Below, in pieces: positions 32,601 through 41,374 of a stretch of DNA of 64,000 nt; position 1 is the first letter of the stretch; each line of letters starts with the position of its first letter. The stretch covers positions 10,952 to 74,951 of the forward strand of contig DASXVQ010000049.1 in assembly GCA_036504155.1 (NCBI GenBank). Reading direction: 5' to 3'. The stretch is from Myxococcales bacterium. GTDB lineage: Bacteria > Myxococcota > Myxococcia > Myxococcales > UBA5297. Both the position numbers and the translations under genes were made by a program. The notes under the pieces are model-generated. The model did no database searches and was not told where the DNA came from. It saw nothing but the letters and a program-made list of their open reading frames with translations.

Positions 32601-33933
32601 GCGTCGAAGGTCACCGCATCGCCCACGTTCGCGCCCGCCGGGCAGGTCAGCGCCGCCACGGGCTTCTGGTCGCAGACGCTGCCGGTCTGGCACACGCTGC
32701 TGGCGCAGTTGCTGGCGGTCCCCCACGCCAGGCAGCCGCCCGTGCCGATGGCGCAGGTCGAGACCTTGCCGCTCGCGCACTGCGTGTCGCCGGCCTTGGG
32801 GCAGCCGTCGGTGCAGGCCGCGCAGGCGGTGGCGCTGCCGCAGGCCCCGTTGGAGCAGGCGGTCCAGCTCGTCCAGCCGCGGCAGCCGTTGGCGTCGGCG
32901 ACGCACGAGCGGACCTGGCCGCCGGCGCACTCGGTGGCGCCGGCGGTGGTGCAGCCGTGCGTGCAGGTGCCGCAGGCGGTCGCCGAGGCGCAGAAGCCGC
33001 CGGCGCAGGCGGTCTCGGCGCTCCAGGCGCGGCAGCCGTTCGCGTCCGCCTGGCAGGTCTTGGCCTTGCCGCTCGCGCACGCGGTGGCGCCAGCCGTGGT
33101 GCAGCCGTTCGTGCAGGTGCCGCAGGTGGTCTGGCTGGCGCAGAAGCCGCCGGGGCAGGCGCTCTCGGCGCCCCAGGCCAGGCACCCGTTCGCGTCGGCG
33201 AGGCAGGTCTTGGTCTTGCCCGCCGAGCACTGGGTGTCGCCCTCCTGCGGGCAGGTGTCGGCGCAGGTGCCGCAGGCGGTCGCCGAGGCGCAGAAGCCGT
33301 CGGCGCAGGCGCTCTCGGCGCCCCAGGCGAGGCACCCGTTCGCGTCGGCCTGGCAGGTCTTGGTCTTGCCCGCCGAGCACTGCGTGTCGCCCGCCTTCGC
33401 GCAGGTGTTGGAGCAGGTGCCGCAGGCGGCCGCCGAGGCGCAGAAGCCGCTCGCGCAGGCGCTCTGCGCGCTCCAGGAGAGGCACCCGCCGGTGCCGGCC
33501 TGACAGGTCCTGAGCTTGCCGGCGGTGCACTCCGTCGCCCCGCCCGAGGGGCAGGCGTTGGAGCAGCCCGCGCAGGTGTCGCCGTCGCACTTTCCGGTCG
33601 GGCACGCCGTCGGCTCGCCCCAGGCGCGGCAGCGATGGGCGTCGGCGACGCAGGTGCGGAACTCGCCGGCGGTGCAGTCGGTGGCGTCCACCGCGAGGCA
33701 CTCGTGCTGGCAGGCGCCGCAGGCCACCTCGTCGGCGCAGAAGCCCTCGGCGCAGGCCTCCTCCTCGGACCACTTCAGGCACCCGCCGCTCGTGGCGCAC
33801 GTCTTGAGCTTTCCGTCGGCGCACGCGGTCTCGCCCGCGGCCGTGCAGTCGGACTGGCACTCCTGCGGCGGCGTCGTGGGACAGCCGGCGAGAGCCAAGG
33901 CGAGCGGCGAAAGGATGGCGACGAGTCTCTTCA
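29675..33933 (-). CDS. giant surface lipoprotein: 8 tandem Cys-rich modules, PKD domains, lamin-tail domain, glycine-rich right-handed beta-helix region, C-terminal carboxypeptidase-regulatory-like beta-sandwich
   Basis: The real start is the ATG at 33931-33933 (MKRLVAILSPLALALAGC lipobox). The 1500-aa ORF-track version adds 81 upstream junk residues. There are repeated ~49-aa units (DTQCSAGKTKTCQADANGCLAWGAESAC.DGFCASATACGTC). PKD-like segments are present (FDASQSTDADGTLAGYSYAFGDG). There is an LTD-like segment (ISEVLYRATGTDYDVFVELHG). A Gly-rich beta-helix is present (GSGGGAGGSIVLASADVMLSG). The plus-strand 1552-aa ORF 29408..34066 is an antisense shadow. Confidence 0.8.
32490..33640 (-). 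repeat. ~147-bp tandem coding repeats (8x) encoding the Cys-rich modules of the giant lipoprotein
   Basis: Periodic DNA and protein repeats are visible. They also produce the periodic spurious plus-strand ORF 32709..33503. Confidence 0.7.
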
Positions 33934-34205
33934 TGGCGGTTCTCCCCGAGTGAGCGGCGGTCGAGCGCGAGACCATACGACCGCCTGTGGGCCCCAACCA
34001 GGGTTCCTCGGCCGGAGGAGAAGTGGGAATCGGTTGTGGATTGAGGGGAGCGCGAGGGGAGACTGACAACCTGTGGGCCGCCCAGTGGACTGATATCGGG
34101 GGTGGTTGGCAGCAGGGGGTGGTCGGGAAAATCGCTCCTGGGGGCAGCCAGAGGCCTCGTTTTTCGAGCGACAGCACCCAAGACGGCTTTCCCGCCCTTC
34201 GCGCT

Positions 34206-34390
34206 CATGCAGCCGCCCTCGTCGCCTTCGCGCCATGCTCGAACTCCGCTGGGCTCATGTAGTCGAGCGCCGAGTGCCGGCGCTTCGGGTTGTAGAAGGC
34301 CTCGATGTAGTCGAACACGTTCGCGTGAGTGCCCGGCGCATCGGCTTCCAGCACCACTCCGACTTCGACGCTGTCGAGCCAGGCCGAGGC
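34206..34390 (-). mobile_element. IS3-family transposase (rve/OrfB) C-terminal remnant
   Basis: The minus-strand translation ...NVFDYIEAFYNPKRRHSALDYMSPAEFEHGAKATRAAA* matches the conserved C-terminal end of IS3-family OrfB integrases (YNxxRxHSxLxYxSPxxFE). Only ~40-60 codons are recognisable and there is no upstream catalytic region. Confidence 0.6.
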
Positions 34391-34440
34391 GAGCCCGCGG
34401 TCACCGTGGACTCGGTCAGCCGGCTCAAGACATCGGTGCG
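34385..34440 (+). pseudogene. short internal fragment of an mfd-like gene (encodes AVTVDSVSRLKTS; ~90% nt identity to 27742-27786) abutting the IS3 remnant
   Basis: Direct comparison: cggtcaccgtggactcggtcagccggctcaagacatcgg versus mfd cggtcaccgtcgactcggtcagccgcctgaagacctccg. Confidence 0.5.
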
Positions 34441-34441
34441 G

Positions 34442-35797
34442 TCAGCGAGGACCTTCGCAAAGCGGTGCAGGAGGGACGAGCGAGAGGCCTCTGAATTCGG
34501 CGGGCCCATCCGACAGGGAGAGGCTTCCGGACGGCGCACCCTCGAGTCGAGCCTGGATCGCCTGCACGGCGTCGCGCGCGGCGCTCTTCAGCGAGCCGTT
34601 CACGAAGAGGCCGCGGGCCAGAGGCAGCAGCGGCTGGACGGCATCGATGGAGCCCACCCTGAAGAGCCCCGCAGCGGCCTCGCACCTCACGCGCGTCGAG
34701 CGGGCCGCGAGCAGTGAGACGAGCACCTTCTCGGCCTTCGCTCCTCCGATTTCTGCGAGCGCCCACGCCAACGTGGCGCCCAGCCGCTCGTCCTGCGTGC
34801 CCGAGAGGGCGGCGAGAGCGTCGAGCGCGCTCGGGTCCCGGGCGTATCCCACCGCGCGGACCGCCGCGCGCTGCACCACGACGCCATCGGCGGAGAGCAG
34901 GTGGACCGCGAGATCGGCGAAGGAGGCGTAGGGACACTGAAGCGGCAGACGGTCGAACGCGGCGGCGCGCAGCTCCTCGCGGGCGTCGGAGTCCCGCGCG
35001 AGCGACGCGAGGACGCCCCGGGATTCCTCGCTCGGCGCCAAGCCCTGCGCGGCGAGGAACCGCACGTCGGGGTCGCTGTCCGTCAGGGCGTGCACGAACG
35101 CCTGCCGGGCCTCCGGCGATTGCGAGCGCGGAGGCGACGAGAGCGCCTGGAGGCTGCGCTGGCGGCGGACCGGGTCCGGGTCCGAGACGACGTTGCGCAG
35201 GAGCGCCGGCGGAATCGAGGGCGCGACCAGCGACCGGGCCAGCGCGAGCAGGGTGTCCAGCTTGCGCCCGAGCCCCACCTCGGTGGGCTCCCCCAGCCAC
35301 CTCCCGGTCAGCGTGCCCTGGCGCAGCTCGCCTTCGGCGCCGGCGACGAACGACGCGACGGCGCATCGCACGTCGAACGAGAGCATGGCCAGGACCATGT
35401 CCTCGGGGCCGGTCACGCAGACGTGCGCGTCGAAGCGCTCGCGGAAGCCTTCGCCCGGCTCGGCGGGCCAGGATGGCCTCCTCTTCGCCAGCGCTACCTC
35501 GCAGGGGACACGCCCGTGCGAGTCCACGACGATCCGGGTGTAGGTGAAGCTCGACTCCGAGGAGCTCTCGACGACGCGATCGACGAAGACGCCGAAGCCG
35601 TCGACGGTCCCGGCGAGGCCGGGCTCGCGGCTCGGGACGAACTCGAGGCCGAGGCCGCGGCCGAGGCAGCGCCAGGCGATCGTCCGGGCATCGGCCATCC
35701 GAGCGGACTCGATGCGCGCTGCGCGGGCGAGCGCGACGAGGAAGAAGCCCACCAAGCCCAGGAAGAGGCCGCTGGCGAATCCGGGGCTCTCGCTCAT
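34442..35797 (-). CDS. single-pass membrane protein with HEAT/PBS-lyase-like repeats
   Basis: ATG at 35795-35797 with GAGAGG upstream. N-terminal TM segment GLFLGLVGFFLVALA. Repeated A..aL..lgD..A..aL helical pairs (VRFLAAQGLAPS, VVQRAAVRAVGYARDPSALDALAAL, VRCEAAAGLFRVGSIDAV). Confidence 0.65.
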   Translation of the reverse strand: MSESPGFASGLFLGLVGFFLVALARAARIESARMADARTIAWRCLGRGLGLEFVPSREPGLAGTVDGFGVFVDRVVESSSESSFTYTRIVVDSHGRVPCEVALAKRRPSWPAEPGEGFRERFDAHVCVTGPEDMVLAMLSFDVRCAVASFVAGAEGELRQGTLTGRWLGEPTEVGLGRKLDTLLALARSLVAPSIPPALLRNVVSDPDPVRRQRSLQALSSPPRSQSPEARQAFVHALTDSDPDVRFLAAQGLAPSEESRGVLASLARDSDAREELRAAAFDRLPLQCPYASFADLAVHLLSADGVVVQRAAVRAVGYARDPSALDALAALSGTQDERLGATLAWALAEIGGAKAEKVLVSLLAARSTRVRCEAAAGLFRVGSIDAVQPLLPLARGLFVNGSLKSAARDAVQAIQARLEGAPSGSLSLSDGPAEFRGLSLVPPAPLCEGPR

Positions 35798-35912
35798 GGA
35801 CGGTCCTCTCGGGGAAGGGCGCCGTCCGCGGGCAGGGGCCACGCGACTGCCCTCCGTCACGTTCATGAAGAACGCGCCCCGAGAGGTTTCACCGGGCAGG
35901 GAGGCCGGCGGG

Positions 35913-37811
35913 CTACGCGCGCCGGGCGAGGCGCCGCGCCAGCCACAGCGCGGCGGCGAGCGCGGCCAGCCCGCAGGCCAGGCCGGCGCCGCCCCAGGTC
36001 AGCCAGCTCCACAAGGTCTTGTTGATGTCGAGGACGGCGTCGTCGCTCGTCTGGACCAGCACCAGGAACGGGGTCGAGCCCACGGGCGCCATCCCGGCCA
36101 GCCAGCGCCCCTCGAAGCCGGTCATCGGGTCCCGGTGGTCCTCGAGGCGCACGGCCCTCTCCGCGGGCGGCGCCGCGAAGGAGTCGCTGCCCAGGTCGCG
36201 CGACAGCTGCAGGCTTCCGGCGGGCATCGGCACCGCGCGCCCGTGCTCGAGGGACTCGTGCAGGAGCACCAGGTACTCCTGGGGAAGCGGAGCCCTCGCC
36301 GTGGCGCGGTCGTTGTCGCGAAGGCCGACGAGGACCCCGAGGCGCCTGCGGTCGTTGGGATCCCCGAGGTCGAGTGCGCCGAGCGCGGAGCTCGTTCCCA
36401 CCGTCGCGATGAGCACTCCCTGCCAGGCGCCGCCGGGTCCGAAGACGGGGTTCGCGAGCGCGAACTTGAAGCCGCCGTCGGCCTCCGACTTGTAGGCCCG
36501 CGAGACGTACGTCTCTCTCCGGCCGGCTTCGCCCAGGCGCCGGGCGCCGCGGAAGTAGTCGCGCCACTCGAAGTCGGTGCAGAAGTAGTCGAAGTCGGGG
36601 ATCGGCCAGCGCGCGATGACGCGCCCGCGCACGTCCATGAGCGCGACGCTGTCGAAGCCGAACGGCTCGACGCAGCGACGGAGCCGCCCGCTCAGGTCCG
36701 CGCGGTGGGCGCAGCCGTCAGCCTCGAGCGAAGCCTGCCCGAGCGCCGCGTCGTCGAGGCATTGCCGCGACTGGCTCGCCTGCCGGCTCAGCTGGTAGAG
36801 GACCGAGCCGGCGACCGCGCGCGCGGCGAAGACGTTCGCGTCGAGCGCGCTGCGTCGCAGGTCCTCCTCCTGGGAGCGCGCCACCGAGACCGCGGCTACG
36901 GCCACCCCAGCCAACAGCAGCATCACTCCGGCGGCGGCCGCGAGGACGAAGGGATGGCGCCGGGCGAGCCTCGCCAGCCGACCCACCGCGCCCAGCGGAC
37001 GCGCGAGGATCGGCTCGCCGGCCATGAATCGCTCGAGCTCCTCGGCGACCTCGAGAGCGGTGCGGTAGCGGCGGCCTGGCTCCTTCTCCAGGCACTTGCT
37101 GCAGATGGTTTCGAGGTCGATGGGCACCTCGTGCGCCGCCAGCGAGCCCGGCTTGGGCGCGTCCTCGGCGACGACCTTCTGGAGCAACTCGGTGACGGTC
37201 TCCGCCTCGAAGGGCGGCCGGCCGGTGAGCACCTCGAAGAGGATGGCGCCCAGCGCGTAGACGTCCGTCGCGGTGGTGACCCCGCGCGCGTCGCCGCGGG
37301 CCTGCTCCGGCGCCATGTAGGAGGGCGTGCCGAGGATCCCCGACTGGCTGCTCGGGCCGTCCTGCACGAGCTTGGCCATGCCGAAGTCGGCGACATAGGG
37401 CACGCCTTCGCGGTCGAGCAGCACGTTTCCGGGCTTCAAGTCGCGGTGGAGGATCCCGCGCTCGTGCGCGTGCTGCACCCCGCGCGCGATGCCGGCGACG
37501 AGCCTCGCGGTGGCGACCGAGTCGCCTTTGAAGCGCGGGAGCGAGTCGGAGAGGGCGCCCTCCATGAGCTTCATGGAGTAGTACGGCAGGCCGTCGACCT
37601 CGCCCTCGTGGAAGATCGGGACGATGTGCGGGTGGTCGAGCTGGGAGACTGCGCGGATCTCCGCGCGGAAGCGCGCCACCTCGGCCGGCCCCGGGAGGTT
37701 GGAGGAGCGGATCATCTTGAGCGCGACGGTGCGCTCGCCCTGCCTCGCCCGGTAGATGACCCCCATGCCGCCGCGTCCCAGCTCGCCGCACGACTCGAAG
37801 CCCTCGGGCAT
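35913..37811 (-). CDS. Ser/Thr protein kinase with extracytoplasmic sensor domain flanked by two TM segments
   Basis: ATG at 37809-37811. Hanks motifs are present: GRGGMGVIY, VALKMI, HRDLKPGNVLL, DFGMAK, GTPSYMAPE. TM1 is PFVLAAAAGVMLLLAGVAVAAV, then a ~300-aa domain, then TM2 LTWGGAGLACGLAALAAALWL. The 920-aa ORF-track version runs antisense-free through the sigma gene with no canonical start. Confidence 0.85.
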   Translation of the reverse strand: MPEGFESCGELGRGGMGVIYRARQGERTVALKMIRSSNLPGPAEVARFRAEIRAVSQLDHPHIVPIFHEGEVDGLPYYSMKLMEGALSDSLPRFKGDSVATARLVAGIARGVQHAHERGILHRDLKPGNVLLDREGVPYVADFGMAKLVQDGPSSQSGILGTPSYMAPEQARGDARGVTTATDVYALGAILFEVLTGRPPFEAETVTELLQKVVAEDAPKPGSLAAHEVPIDLETICSKCLEKEPGRRYRTALEVAEELERFMAGEPILARPLGAVGRLARLARRHPFVLAAAAGVMLLLAGVAVAAVSVARSQEEDLRRSALDANVFAARAVAGSVLYQLSRQASQSRQCLDDAALGQASLEADGCAHRADLSGRLRRCVEPFGFDSVALMDVRGRVIARWPIPDFDYFCTDFEWRDYFRGARRLGEAGRRETYVSRAYKSEADGGFKFALANPVFGPGGAWQGVLIATVGTSSALGALDLGDPNDRRRLGVLVGLRDNDRATARAPLPQEYLVLLHESLEHGRAVPMPAGSLQLSRDLGSDSFAAPPAERAVRLEDHRDPMTGFEGRWLAGMAPVGSTPFLVLVQTSDDAVLDINKTLWSWLTWGGAGLACGLAALAAALWLARRLARRA

Positions 37812-37885
37812 GCGGACGCGCAGCCCGAGCTCGAGCAGGCAGGCCGGGCAGAGGCCGTCGGGCCTCTGGTCTGGGTGTTGGCAGC

Positions 37886-38605
37886 TCAGTGCAGGCTCTC
37901 CCAGAGGTGGCGCAGCTCGTCCTCCACGTCGGCCGGGTCCTCGACCGTCTCGGCGATCTCCTCCTTGAGCATCTCGGCGCACGCCTTGCGCAGCCGGCAC
38001 GTCGCGGTCTTGAGCGCGCCTTCCGTCATGCCCAGCTCGGCGGCCAGCGCGTGGAGCGGGCCGTCGGCGTCGCCGAGGAGGAACGGGCGCACCTTTGCGA
38101 AGAACGCGGACTTGCCGGCCGCCTCCTGGGACGTGCGCAGACGGTCGAACACGCGGTCGATCAAGGTGAGCGTCCAGCGCCGCTCGTAGAGCCGCTCCGG
38201 GGTGACGTCGTGCGCGGGCTCCTGCAGGTAGCGGGTCTCCGCGTCGTCGTCGAGCGAGACGATGACCCGCCCGCCGCCGCGCTTCTGGGCGCGCGCGCGG
38301 TCCCACTCGTTGGACAGGTGGTGCTTGAACGCGGCGAGGAGCCAGGCGCGGAAACGGCCTCGCGCCGGGTCGGCCCTGGCCACGTCGGCGCGCTCGAGCA
38401 GCCCGGCGAAGAACTCCTGCACGAGGTCGGACGCGTCCTCGGGTGGGGTGCCCTTGCGGCGGGCGAACGCGTAGAGCGGGTACCAGTACGCCTGGCAGAG
38501 CGTGGAGAGCGCCGCCCGGGCCTCGGCGTCGTCCTTGCTCCGCGCCGCCATCACCACGCTCCAGCGCGTGGTGCGGAACCGGCGGTCCTTGAACTGAGAG
38601 TCCAC
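37886..38605 (-). CDS. ECF-type sigma-70 family RNA polymerase sigma factor (STK-associated group, RTTRWSVV N-terminus)
   Basis: GTG start at 38603-38605 (VDSQFKDRRFRTTRWSVV). Region 2 is DLVQEFFAGLLER and region 4 is LAAELGMTEGALKTATCRLRKAC. The stop is 74 nt upstream of the kinase ATG. Confidence 0.8.
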   Translation of the reverse strand: MDSQFKDRRFRTTRWSVVMAARSKDDAEARAALSTLCQAYWYPLYAFARRKGTPPEDASDLVQEFFAGLLERADVARADPARGRFRAWLLAAFKHHLSNEWDRARAQKRGGGRVIVSLDDDAETRYLQEPAHDVTPERLYERRWTLTLIDRVFDRLRTSQEAAGKSAFFAKVRPFLLGDADGPLHALAAELGMTEGALKTATCRLRKACAEMLKEEIAETVEDPADVEDELRHLWESLH

Positions 38606-38779
38606 CTGGCAACCATACCCCTGGAGCAGCGCGCCCGTGGAGGCATGGCTGCTCGTGCCCTCGAGGCGTCCCCATCCATCCCTGAAGGATTCGCCGGGAA
38701 GGGTTACCGGCGGCCCCCGCCCTCCGCGGCGGCCTGGAGGCGCACGCTCGCGGACTGAAACCTCCGCCGGCCGATTCCT

Positions 38780-40894
38780 ATGAACACCACGAAGTGCCCG
38801 ATGCCGGGGCGCGGGAAGGCGGCCATGCCCCTCTTGATGCTGGCTCTCGCGGTGTTCCTCCTGCTGTACGGCTCCGCGGCCCTGGTGGGCGGTCGCGAGC
38901 TCGCGGTCCTGGAGCGCCGCTGGTTCGGCGACGCGCTGCCGAAAGGAAGAGTGGTGGCGCTGGCCCATGAGGTCGGCGTCCAAGCGCGGGTGCTCGAGCC
39001 GGGCCTCCACTTCCTCGTGCCCTTCATCTACAAGGCCACGCCCTGCCCGGTGCTCTCCATCCGCGACGACCAGGTGGGGCTGGTCGAAGCCATCGACGGG
39101 CTCGCGGTGCCTCCGGGCCCCATCTTCGCGAGGGTCGTGGAGGGGCATGGCTTGTTCCAGAACGGCGAGGCCTTCCTGCTGTCGGGCGGAGAGAAGGGGC
39201 CCCAGCTGCAGGTGCTGCCCCCCGGCAACTACCGCATCAACCCGTTCCTCTTCCGCGTGACGCTCGCACCGGAGACCGTGGTCGCACCGGGCCACGTCGG
39301 CGTGGTGCACGCCGAGGACGGCGAGCCCATCTCCGAGGGGCGACTGCTGGGCCGCAGCGTGGAAGGGCACGACAACTTCCAGAACGCCGAAGCGTTCCTC
39401 GCCCGGGGCGGGCAGAAGGGGCCGCAGCTCGAGGTCCTGCTCCCGGGCACCTACCGGCTCAACACGAGGCTCTTCCGCGTCCAGCTGGCGCCGGCGACCG
39501 TCGTCGCCCCGAAGCAGGTCGGGCTGGTCACCGCGCGGGACGGGGCGCCGCTGCCCGAAGGCGAGTACGTGGCTCGCTCCATCGCCCCGGAGCTGCACTG
39601 CGACTTCCAGGCGCCCTCGGCGTTCCTGGCGCACGGCGGCCAGCGCGGGCCGCAGCTCGAGTTCCTCCGGCCCGGCACGTACTACGTGAACCCGCTGATG
39701 TTCGAGGTGACGCTCGACGACGTCGCGGTCGTCCAGCGCGGCGAGGTGGCGGTCATCGTCTCCAACATCGGGACGGACCCGCGCGAGGCCGCCGGGGCGG
39801 GGGGTGAGGCCCACGGGGTCGAACGCTACGTCGTCGCATCGGGGTGCCGCGGCATCCAACGCGACGTCGTGGGGCCGGGCACCTACTACCTGAACAAGCT
39901 GGCGTTCACGCCCCACGTCATCTCGACGACCAACCTCACCATCGACTGGGCCGACGGAAGGGCCTCCGACAGCGGCTCCCTGTTCAGCCCCCTGGCGGTG
40001 GTCTCCAAGGACGGCTTCGAGCTCACGGTCGAGGTGAAGGTGATCATCCGCGTCCTGCCGGAGCAGGCGCCGCACATGGTGGCGCGCATCGGCACCGTCG
40101 AGAACCTCATCGAGCACGTCATCCACCCGCTCATCGACAGTTCGTTCCGCAACCAGGCCTCGTCCAGCGAGGCCATGAAGTTCATGCAGGACCGCCACGA
40201 GGAGCAGCGCAAGGCCGAGGAGCACGTGCGGGCCGAGCTGCAGCGCTACCACGTGGAGTGCGTCAGCGTGCTCATCTGCCAGATCGTGCTCCCCGAGCGC
40301 CTGATGCAGACGCTGACCGACAAGGTGGTCGCGACGCAGCAGATGTCGATGTACGACGCGCAGCAGGACGCCGAGGGGCGCCGGCGCGAGATGGCGCGGA
40401 CGCGCGCCCAGGCCGACCTGCAGCCATCCCTGGTCAAGGCCGAGATCGACGTCAGCATCGCCGAGCAGCAGAAGCGGCAGGCGGTCACCCTGGCGCAGGG
40501 GCGCGGCGAGGCGACGCGGCTCGAGCAGGAGGGGGTCGCCGCAGGCATCCTCGCGCGCGGCAGGGCGGAGGGCGAGAAGGTGCGCGCCATCGGGCTGGCC
40601 ACGGCGGAGAACTACCGGCTGCAATCTGCCGCGCTCGGGCCGGCGCCGCTTTCGGTGATCGAGGTGATGCGGCAGGTCGCGACCGGTCAGGTGAAGATCA
40701 CCCCGGACGTCCTGGTGCAGGGGGGCGCAGAGGGCGCCGGGGCGGGCGGCAACGTTCTGGCGGGATTCATCGCGAGCCTCATGGCCCGGCAGGGCTTCGA
40801 GATCCTGGGACCGAATGAGCTGACAGGCCCGGAGGCACCGACGCAGCAGGATCATGCGAAGAGCAAAGCCAGCCACTCGACGGAGTCAGGGTAA
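38780..40894 (+). CDS. SPFH/band-7 (flotillin/YqiK-like) membrane protein with three internal ~60-aa repeats and a long coiled-coil C-terminus
   Basis: N-terminal TM MPLLMLALAVFLLLYGSAAL. Three repeats are present (GHGLFQNGEAFLLSGGEKGPQLQVLPPGNYRINPFLFRV..., GHDNFQNAEAFLARGGQKGPQLEVLLPGTYRLNTRLFRV..., APSAFLAHGGQRGPQLEFLRPGTYYVNPLMFEV). Then an SPFH core and an EA/Q-rich flotillin-type coiled coil. The repeats generate spurious minus-strand ORFs 39028..39678. Confidence 0.8.
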   Translation: MNTTKCPMPGRGKAAMPLLMLALAVFLLLYGSAALVGGRELAVLERRWFGDALPKGRVVALAHEVGVQARVLEPGLHFLVPFIYKATPCPVLSIRDDQVGLVEAIDGLAVPPGPIFARVVEGHGLFQNGEAFLLSGGEKGPQLQVLPPGNYRINPFLFRVTLAPETVVAPGHVGVVHAEDGEPISEGRLLGRSVEGHDNFQNAEAFLARGGQKGPQLEVLLPGTYRLNTRLFRVQLAPATVVAPKQVGLVTARDGAPLPEGEYVARSIAPELHCDFQAPSAFLAHGGQRGPQLEFLRPGTYYVNPLMFEVTLDDVAVVQRGEVAVIVSNIGTDPREAAGAGGEAHGVERYVVASGCRGIQRDVVGPGTYYLNKLAFTPHVISTTNLTIDWADGRASDSGSLFSPLAVVSKDGFELTVEVKVIIRVLPEQAPHMVARIGTVENLIEHVIHPLIDSSFRNQASSSEAMKFMQDRHEEQRKAEEHVRAELQRYHVECVSVLICQIVLPERLMQTLTDKVVATQQMSMYDAQQDAEGRRREMARTRAQADLQPSLVKAEIDVSIAEQQKRQAVTLAQGRGEATRLEQEGVAAGILARGRAEGEKVRAIGLATAENYRLQSAALGPAPLSVIEVMRQVATGQVKITPDVLVQGGAEGAGAGGNVLAGFIASLMARQGFEILGPNELTGPEAPTQQDHAKSKASHSTESG

Positions 40895-40930
40895 GGGTCC
40901 CCTCTGGCGGTCGGGTCGCGAGTCTGGCCT

Positions 40931-41015
40931 CGAGACGGTCCTGCGCGAGCTGCTCAAGTGCCAGACCGTGGAGCTGCTCGAGGTCAAGGGCGTCGGGCCC
41001 AAGCTCAAGAAGTAG
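40931..41015 (+). pseudogene. duplicate of the last ~85 nt of mfd including its TAG stop (1-2 mismatches versus 29111-29200), lying in the intergenic region 11.7 kb downstream of mfd
   Basis: Direct alignment: gagctgctcaagtgccagaccgtggagctgctc[a/g]aggtcaagggcgtcgggcccaagctcaagaagtag. Confidence 0.7.
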
Positions 41016-41039
41016 GACGGAGGCGGCGCCCGCCCCCTG

Positions 41040-41294
41040 CTACCCCGGCGCGGCGGCCTTGCCGGCCACGCGCTGGAGCTTGGCCGCGGAGCGCTTCTTC
41101 TTCTGCTCGAGCTGAGCCTGGAAGCCCTGGAGCAGCTCGAGGCTCTTCTCCATCATCGCGGTGAACTCCGCGGTCTTCTGGGCGTCGATGCCCGACGGGA
41201 CGAGGAAGGAGTCTACCGAGGTGGCTGGCTCCGCCAGGGAGGCGATCTGGTCCATGACCTTGCGCAGCCGCGTCAGCGCCTTGTCCGCAGACAT
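41040..41294 (-). CDS. small hypothetical coiled-coil protein (84 aa); start uncertain
   Basis: The GC3-biased tail is MSADKALTRLRKVMDQIASLAEP...LQGFQAQLEQKKKRSAAKLQ. There is no clear SD before the ATG at 41294. The alternative start is M14. The longer 183-aa ORF N-terminus reads through palindromic DNA and looks non-coding. Confidence 0.35.
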   Translation of the reverse strand: MSADKALTRLRKVMDQIASLAEPATSVDSFLVPSGIDAQKTAEFTAMMEKSLELLQGFQAQLEQKKKRSAAKLQRVAGKAAAPG

Positions 41295-41305
41295 TGGGCC
41301 CGGGG

Positions 41306-41325
41306 CTGTTGCCGCGCGGCAACAG
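41306..41325. promoter_or_regulatory. perfect 20-bp palindrome ctgttgccgcgcggcaacag, 12 nt upstream of the small-ORF ATG
   Basis: Read directly. Confidence 0.35.
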
Positions 41326-41374
41326 TCTCCTGGCGTCACGGCCCCTTCGGCCAGGGGGCTGGTCGGCGCCCACA

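Noticed and set aside
32709-33503. 264-aa plus ORF with perfectly periodic sequence
   Set aside because: It is the antisense of the 147-bp tandem repeats in the giant lipoprotein gene.
29408-34066. 1552-aa plus-strand ORF
   Set aside because: It is the antisense of the giant lipoprotein gene (29675..33933). The translation is pure Arg/Gly/Ala repeats.
34106-34717. 203-aa plus ORF
   Set aside because: It is a composite reading across the IS3 remnant (antisense), the mfd fragment and the antisense of the HEAT-repeat gene. It is not a gene.
35913-38675. 920-aa version of the kinase ORF extending through the ECF sigma gene
   Set aside because: The upstream 290 codons overlap the sigma CDS in another frame and translate to Arg/Pro/Gly noise. 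The kinase start is assigned to the ATG at 37811, with the caveat noted in findings.
37886-40876. 996-aa minus ORF
   Set aside because: Only its last ~239 codons (ECF sigma) are real. The remainder is antisense to the SPFH gene.
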